Positions 56,738-64,000 of a stretch of 64,000 nt of DNA are shown here, piece by piece. The notes under the pieces are model-generated. The model had not been told where the DNA came from. It saw only the letters and a program-made list of their open reading frames with translations, and did no database searches. The stretch is taken from contig OZ024740.1 in the NCBI GenBank assembly GCA_964016885.1, positions 322,462,001-322,526,000 on the forward strand. The letters run 5' to 3'. Made by a program: the position numbers and the translations under genes. This DNA comes from Eledone cirrhosa. Lineage: Eukaryota. How positions within the stretch are numbered: position 1 is the first letter of the stretch; each line of letters starts with the position of its first letter.

Positions 56738-57628
56738 CTAGCATTAAAGCCCGGCGTTGCTCGGGGTCATTAAGTTACCAAAGTTAGGTTGCACCACCTA
56801 TTTTATGGCAGCACTTTTTTGTCTGCCAGGCACTGGGTGAATGAATTGCAGACCTGGAAGCAGGAGCTGCGCCAGCAGTGACAATTGTAGTTTCGCCTAT
56901 GGATATTATCTCTGTGCAAAAAAGTGTTGAAATTTATTGTTTCACAGTACTTGCGCAACACGCGCGTAGACAATGCCAGCCGAACAACAGAGCTGCGATA
57001 GAGTTGTTCTGCATGGTTGTCTGTGTGTTTTCTAAATTTAAGACAGTAGGGAGGGTTGTGATATGAGGGAGAGTTAGCTGTTGTTTCTAGCAGGTTTAGT
57101 GACCTCATAGAGGATAAGTGTTTTCTAAATTTAAGACAGTAGGGAGTGGTGTGATATGGAGGAGAGTTAGCTGGTGTTTCTAGCAGGTTTAGTGACCTCA
57201 TAGAAGATATGTTTTCTAAATTTAAGACAGTAGGGAGGGGTGTGATATGGGGGAGAGTTAGCTGCTGTTTCTAGCAGGTTTAGTAACCTCATAGAGGATA
57301 TGTGTTTTCTAAATTTAAGACAGTAGGGAGTGGTGTGAACGGACAGTATCACCATCAAGCTTGGAAAGAGAAAGTAGCAGAAAGTATGAAGTTGTATAGA
57401 TTTTGAATGGTAGCGGAAAGAGTTTAGCAGTTTAAATGACAGAGGAAAATTGTAAAATATTGAGTTTTATCTATTTTTTGCGTAATTGTGGGTGAAATTG
57501 AAAAAATTATCTGCGTCAAGACGCAATCGAAACTATTTTGAATACTGAATTGTAAATTTCAATTGAAGAAATTCTATATCGTAGATTTCTATAACGAAGG
57601 AGCTTGACCACACACTGAGCTTTATAGA
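56738..57628 (-). mobile_element. Non-autonomous Helitron with 3.4 x ~92-bp internal tandem
   Basis: 3' end nearly identical to the 11148 element (CCCGAGCAACGCCGGG..CTAG|T); probable 5' A|TCTATAAAGC; repeats start at 57027, 57120, 57211 and 57304. Confidence 0.78.
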
Positions 57629-57679
57629 TTATGAATTTACTAATGCTTAGATATGTAAAAATGAAGCAATATATCTAAT

Positions 57680-57870
57680 AATTGTTTCTACTTTTGGCAC
57701 AAGGCCAGCAATTACCCAGTACATTACTGGTACTTTATTTTATCGACTCCATGAGGATGAAAGGCAAAGTTAACCTTGGCGGTATTTGAACTCAAACCGT
57801 AAAGGGACGTAACTCCATGCTATGAAGCATGGTGTCCGACTCTCTACAGATTCTGCCAATCCACCGCCCT
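57680..57870 (-). mobile_element. Family A SINE, reverse orientation
   Basis: Reverse complement of the 8308-8500 type; further partial copies at 58160-58490. Confidence 0.85.
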
Positions 57871-58626
57871 AATGTCTGTACATAATGAAGGAGTGAGAGG
57901 GGAGAGAAAGAAAGGCAGAGGTGAAGTGACAAAGTGACTCTCTCCTCCTCCTCCATCTCCCCATTCGTCACAGCGATAGAGGGGAGGAATGTTATTGTGT
58001 TACAAAGAGAAAGAGTGAGAGTGAGAGAAACAGACAGACTAAAAGAGAGGGATAGCTGGAGAGAGAGAGAGATAGCAACCACGCGCGCACGTGTTTCCAC
58101 TGTTGGACAGACAGACAGAGAAATTGCTGGTTATATATTATAAGGAGATAATTATAATTAATTGTTTCTACTTTAGGCACAAGGCTAGCAATTACCCAGT
58201 GCATTATTGGTACTTTATTTTATCGACCCCGTAAGGATGAAAGGCAAAGTCAACTAGTGGGAAGAGAGAAAGTTAATCAAATCAACTCCAGTACTTGAAT
58301 GGTACTTTATTTTGTTGACTCTGCAAGAGTGAAAAGCAACATTAACCACGTCAGAATGGAAAGAGTCAGGATAAATGTTACAAAGCATTTTATCCAACAC
58401 TCTAAATGATAATAATAATTTCTAATTTAGACATAATGGAGGAGAAAGTCAATTAAATTGAATCCTATATCCAACTGGTACTTTATTTATAGTACAGAGT
58501 AAGCCAGTACTTAATCGGAGCTACAGTCAGATCAGCCAGAGGCTAGATATCACTTACATGTTTCAGCTTTAGTAAGGCTTCTACAGATGGATGCCTTTCC
58601 TAATGCCAACCATTTTACAGAGTGTG

Positions 58627-58659
<33 letters not shown>

Positions 58660-58663
<4 letters not shown>

Positions 58664-59145
58664 CATGTGGCTTAGTGGTTAGCGTGTTTGGCTCATGGTT
58701 GTAGGGCCGTGAGTTCTGGACTAGGTGGCACATTGTGTCCTAAAATAAGACACTTTATTCCATTGTTTCAGTCCACTCAGCTGGCAAACGTGAGTTGTAG
58801 CTCTAATTCAAGGAACCAGCTTTGTCACACATTGAGGGATGCTGAATCTCTCTGAGAACTATGTCAAGGGTGTACATGCCTGTAGGATGTTCAGCCACCT
58901 ACATGTTAATTTCATGAGAGGCAGCTCCATTGATTGAATCAATTGGAGTACTTGTTGTCGGAAACAACTATCAGTAGAGGGTCGAACGCCATGCTTTCCA
59001 GCATAGTTACGTCCCTTTACGGTCTGAGTTCAAATTGGTTAACTTTGCCTTTCATCCTTACGGGGGTCGATTAAATAAAGTACCAGTAAAGTAATGCACT
59101 GGGTAATTGCTGGCCTTGTGCCAAAAGTAGAAACTATTATTACAT
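58660..59145 (+). mobile_element. Decayed CORE-type SINE followed by a family A SINE (58968-59145)
   Basis: Head and CORE-like motifs, then family A body and tail. Confidence 0.7.
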
Positions 59146-59274
59146 TATCTATTTGTATAAGATGTTTCAAACTCCTCAATAAACATTATATTGAAGAAAC
59201 AATAAAAACGTTAATCCTCCCCCAATCAAAACCCTGATTACAAAACTATAAACAGAAAAGTTAAAATCACCAAC

Positions 59275-59325
59275 CTGCTGTCCATTTTCTGGATATAACT
59301 GGAAAACAGCTCTTGCTCCACGTGC
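59275..59325 (-). CDS. BUD23: BUD23 exon (51 nt)
   Basis: ARGARAVFQLYPENGQQ; CAG acceptor, GTTGGT donor; phase 0/0. Confidence 0.95.
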
Positions 59326-60908
59326 CTGGCAACAAATGATATATCAAAATATTTATGTATGTTTTATTAACGCTTTTGTGACCATATTCGTAATGAGCTA
59401 TACTCTATTATAATTAATTAACAAAGAATTTGAAATGATTTTCTAAAATTATTATTTCTTTCTTAATTAAGATGGTATTTATAACATGACTTAACAAAAG
59501 GTTCTTATATGAAATTATGTTAGGAAGTTTAAATTTAAATACAAACACTTTAAAATGGATGGTTTTGTTTGATAGAATTAGAGACAGGTTTAGAGTGGGT
59601 TGGTATTATCATCAGAGAGGTTTGTGTGTTGGTAATGTATAATTTAATCAACATCAAGAGTTTGGTTGTGAAGCAAAAAGGTTTTTAAAACTATACAATA
59701 ATATTTCAAGTACTCTAGGGAATTATATGAGAGAGAGAGATGAGGTCGTGTAGGTGTCACAACAGAAAAACACACAGTCCACGCTGTAATGTGGCCGTGT
59801 AAGTAACACGGTAAAAACCTCCCAGTCCACACTGTAAATGTGATTGGTGTTAGGAAGGGCATCCAGCCGTAGAAAACCCGCCAGACAGTCCTATACGAGT
59901 AAGACAACCAATCTTGCCTCAAGTGGGAACATTCTCGTCCAAACCCATGCAAGCGTGGAAGATGGACGTTAAACGATGATGATGATGATGATGAGAGAGA
60001 GTTGGTGACAAGATAAACATATCCAATCTTTTGTTGTGTGGTTGACAATAGAAAGACCACACAACTGCAAATACCACCTAATTAATGATACAGTATATTA
60101 AATAGAATTTGTGTGTGTGTGTATATATAGACTGTGTGTGCAAAAATCCATCATCATTTTACATCCCCTTTCCACACTGGAATGGGTTAGACAGGTTGTC
60201 ACTAGGTTGTCACTAGGTTCATAAGCCATGTCTTGCTAATATGTTCAATTTCTGGCAAGGTTTCTACAGCCTTGGATCACTTTCCTAATGCCATTCACTT
60301 TACAGAGTGTGCTGGGTGTATTTTATTAAAACATAAGTACTCTCTCTCTCTCTATATATATATATATACACACATACACAAATAAGACTGTTATTGCTCC
60401 AATTAGTCTACTCACCCTAAGCAAATACTCTAAACAGAATGCCTAGTTGTACCCCCCAGACATGGCTTATGCAATCAGACCTAAATAGCCACCCAATGGG
60501 GAAGACAGAAGTTATCAAGCTGTAGCTAGTTTCTATATAATAAAGCCAAAGCTATAATTATCTGCAGTGACTATGACTCCATTACGTAACAGGCCTTGCT
60601 CTACCTTCTCTATATCATAATCATCCTCATCCTTTTTCACATTCAGTTTGTCACGCTTGCAAGGGTTCAATGGGTCATCAAATTTTGTAATTATATTCCA
60701 TATTTTTAGTATGGTTTATCTAAATGGATGTCCTAACATCAACCAATGTATTGGGTTGGTGCATTTCTGTATTTGTTTGAGACACTAACATTAGGATAAA
60801 ATGATGAGTGAAAATTAGTTCAGACATGAAGGATTAAATAATAAAGCATGAGTAATCATCACCATCATCATCATCATCATCATCATAAAATAAAATTGTT
60901 TGACATAC

Positions 60909-61005
60909 CATACTTGCATATAAGGTACTGAAGAATTTATATAACCGTTTCACTGGATGGTGGCTTTTTTTGTCAGCATTACACAACCACTGGATAGCAG
61001 AGATA
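60909..61005 (-). CDS. BUD23: BUD23 exon
   Basis: (S)[32 protein letters not shown]; CAG acceptor, GTATGT donor. Confidence 0.97.
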
Positions 61006-61789
61006 CTGTTAAGATGGAGAAGAGAGAGGATACATTAAAGTGTTTTGTTTTTCTTGATAAACAAACATTTCAAACAATATATTTTTGAGTGCCTCAAAAG
61101 TATTAGTACATATTTGACATTAGGAAGGGCATCCAGCTGTAGAAAATCAGCCAGAAACGCCCCTATATGAGTGAGACATGGTCACCCGACCCAACTTGCC
61201 TCTAAATGGGACCCGTCTAACCCATGCAAGCGTGGAAGATAACGTTAATTGATGATGATGATTTTACCTCCCATTCATGTGAGCCAAAAATGTACTGATA
61301 TGTTTAGTTTAATTTGTAAATCAAATTTGATTAAAATAGCTCTTATTTTATTTTAACACTTTAGATACCAAATTGATTCAAACCATACACAATCCTACTT
61401 ACTAAAGTGTTTATTTAAAAGATTTTATCATCATCATCCTCCTCATCACAGTTTAACATCCATTTTTCCATGCTAGTAAGGGTTAGATGAATTGTCCCGT
61501 TGTGAGAAAAGCCAGATCAGATGACTGTGTCTTGCTCGCACAGAACAGTTTCTACAGCTGGATGCTTCTCCTAAAACCAGCCACATTTACAGTGTGGAGA
61601 CAGAGTGCTTTTTATTGTAGCACCAAAACAACCAGTTACACCATGGAATGGGCGCTTTATTGTTGTAACACTAACACGACCATTTTACTGTGTGGACTGG
61701 ACACTTTTTGTCGTCGCACAAAAACGATCACTTTACAGTGTGGACTGGGGGCTGGGAGGTGTGAGTATGTAGGGACGGAATTGAAGAGG

Positions 61790-62349
61790 TATCTAAAAAC
61801 CCTCCATCATAATTTTATGTCAGAACCTTTAAGTTATGTTCCAAATATCAGCTTCAAAATAAAAAAGTTAAATCATATTATTAAATCCCTCTAAATTCTT
61901 GATTATTTTCAAAATGATTTGAAAATCATAAACAGAGTCTTTCATTAGAAATATGGTCAAGAAATGTTTAAAGTGTTTATATTTATATCTAAAAACCTTC
62001 ATCAAACTTTTATGTAAAAATCTGATATATTCTAAATGCCAGCTTAATAATTAGAAAGTTATATTGCTAAATCCCAAAATTCTCTATTTTCAAAATGTTT
62101 TGAAAATTGTAAGTAGTGTCTTTCATTAGAAATATGATAACAAAAGGGTTAACCCTTTAGCATTTAAACCAGCTGTATCCGGCCACAATTCTCTCACCTT
62201 TTCTGTTCAAACTGGTCACTCATACTGATGTTAAGAGATTGTTCTCAAAGTAAACAATATCAAAATCTCATAGATTCAATATTGTGTGAGATAAAGCCTT
62301 TACCATGAAAATATAATGGTAAATATAAAGTAATATAAATGCTAAAGGG
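61790..62349. mobile_element. Adjacent TTAA MITEs: family 2 (tandemly duplicated, ends 62148) and family 1 (62153-62349)
   Basis: AAAAGGG-TTAA-CCCTTTAGCATTTA ... TAAATGCTAAAGGG-TTAA. Confidence 0.8.
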
Positions 62350-62569
62350 TTAAACAATTTTTCGAAAAATGCAAAAATTAACATGTAATCCCAACAAATG
62401 ACAGTAAAATACCAAACATGGCACCAGCATTCAAAGAGTTAATTATAGCAAGGACATGTATTTTAATAATTTGACTACTGTAGTTGTTGACTGGAAATGG
62501 GTTTGAACTGATAAGAGTGAAATAATAAACAGCAGCTAAATGTAAGAATAGAACTAATTGTTATTGTAC

Positions 62570-62666
62570 CTGATAACACCATCAAATGTGCCAGCCCTGA
62601 AAGGTATTCCATTGCCTAAGTCACTTAGTAGGAAATCTCCCTCAGAATCACGTTCTAGTGCTACAT
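62570..62666 (-). CDS. BUD23: BUD23 exon (methyltransferase core); earlier exons lie beyond the window end
   Basis: VALERDSEGDFLLSDLGNGIPFRAGTFDGVI(S); CAG acceptor, GTACAA donor. Confidence 0.97.
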
Positions 62667-62802
62667 CTGGAATGAGAGAGAGACATACAGACAAACCATT
62701 AATGAGAGAGATACAGACAGAACATTAATGAGAGACATATAAGTAAACCATTAACGAGACACACAGACAGACCATTAATGAGACACACAGATAAATCATT
62801 AA

Positions 62803-63048
62803 CCCTTTCATTACCATATTTCTAATGAAATACAATGCCTATGTGTCTTAATTAATTTTATAAATAACCCCAAATTTGGAGGAATTTAATCAAATAACTA
62901 AGTTTTTTATTGGTAAACTGGTATTTAGAACATTACTTGACAAACATTTCTAAAATAAAATTATGATGGAATATTTTAATATAAGAATAAACATTTTAAA
63001 ATTGGCAGTTTTGTACCATAAATCTAGGGTAGTTTGGTACCAAAAGGG
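62803..63048. mobile_element. TTAA MITE family 2, reverse orientation
   Basis: TTAA-CCCTTTCATTACCA ... TGGTACCAAAAGGG-TTAT. Confidence 0.7.
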
Positions 63049-63486
63049 TTATTGAGACACATATACACATGCATACACAGATCATTACAAGATAATTGGT
63101 TTAAAACTCAGTAAAAAGTCAATAACTGTGTCATATTCAAGTGGTACAAGAATAAGAAGAAAATGAAAAATAAAATTTACAGCACCACTTATACAGGTTG
63201 CTGGCCTCCCATGAGGTTGTATCTCATAGAAAATTTATTAGGCGTTTTTAACAATAGGGGCTCAAGACCCATTCCCCTTTTCGTGGCTGTTGCAGTCCAT
63301 GTTCAGTTTGTCAAGTTTAGGAAGGTAGCTGGTCCGTGTTCAGTTTGGGGTGTTTGTCCAGAGTTTTGCAGACAGATTGGAGCAATACGGTCTTGTTTAC
63401 ATAGATATGCGTATATGTTATTACAACTCACACTTATGCAGATAGCTGGTCCCCCATAAGGTTGTATCTCATAGGTTTATTAAGTG

Positions 63487-63837
63487 TGTATCAGGAGTTG
63501 CCTCCCTTGTTGTGACACTCACATCCCCAATAGATTAACGCTCTCTAGACAGGAAGTAGAACCCTTTCTGTAACTTCCGGTCAGAACCCTATAAAACTAA
63601 TAACGTTAAGCTCCCTACCTCTCATTTGCCTTTCCGACGCCTGGCCTTCGCCAGGCGTCTTCTGCCAGCCGCATTCGCCTGGCAATCAAACGGTAACTAA
63701 TAACTTTGCTTCATTCTTTCATCTATTCATTGACATGTCAACTATACTGTTCTATATATCCACAAATTGTTTATTAAATATTATACACACAAACCAATCG
63801 TCTTTGTTATATTCATACACACCAGTATTTTGTTATA
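63487..63837 (+). mobile_element. Putative solo LTR (351 bp)
   Basis: AGTG direct repeat on both sides; termini TGTATCA ... TGTTATA; TATAAAA at 63590, ATTAAA at 63773; interrupts a local repeat seen intact at 63220-63260. Confidence 0.6.
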
Positions 63838-64000
63838 AGTGTTTTAACAATAGGGTCTCCAGTCTTATATATAAGTACATGTTACAGCTCATACCTATGC
63901 AACTATAGCTGGCCTCCTACAAGGCTGTATCTCATAGGTTTCTTGGGTGTTTTAATTTTAAGAACCATAGTCTTGTCATACACACACATGTATGTTGTTA

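Overview
AT-rich, microsatellite-laden animal DNA; the SINE/RTE repertoire suggests a cephalopod, probably octopus (inference). Two convergent spliced genes were reconstructed by hand, mostly missed by the ORF track. The first is the 3' half of an ERK1/2 MAP kinase (+ strand, 6-7 exons, 1328-12189, TEY motif) with two consecutive U12-type minor introns. The second is the 3' part of BUD23/WBSCR22, the 18S rRNA m7G methyltransferase (- strand, 7 exons, 62666 down to 44567). The rest is mostly mobile and repetitive DNA: a 5'-truncated RTE LINE with an uninterrupted ORF and its partner CORE-type SINE, a second tRNA-derived SINE family, four Helitron derivatives (one encoding a 23-aa-repeat STPR-like protein inside BUD23's last intron), TTAA and TA MITEs, an R4-like fragment, a solo LTR, an ~8 kb TA-rich field and a ~40-unit constant-repeat/variable-linker minisatellite just 3' of ERK. 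There are two candidate ribozymes (minimal hammerhead at 5987-6022; degenerate HDV-like at 453-530). Most long ORFs in the track are microsatellite artefacts. All family assignments are by eye; no searches were run.
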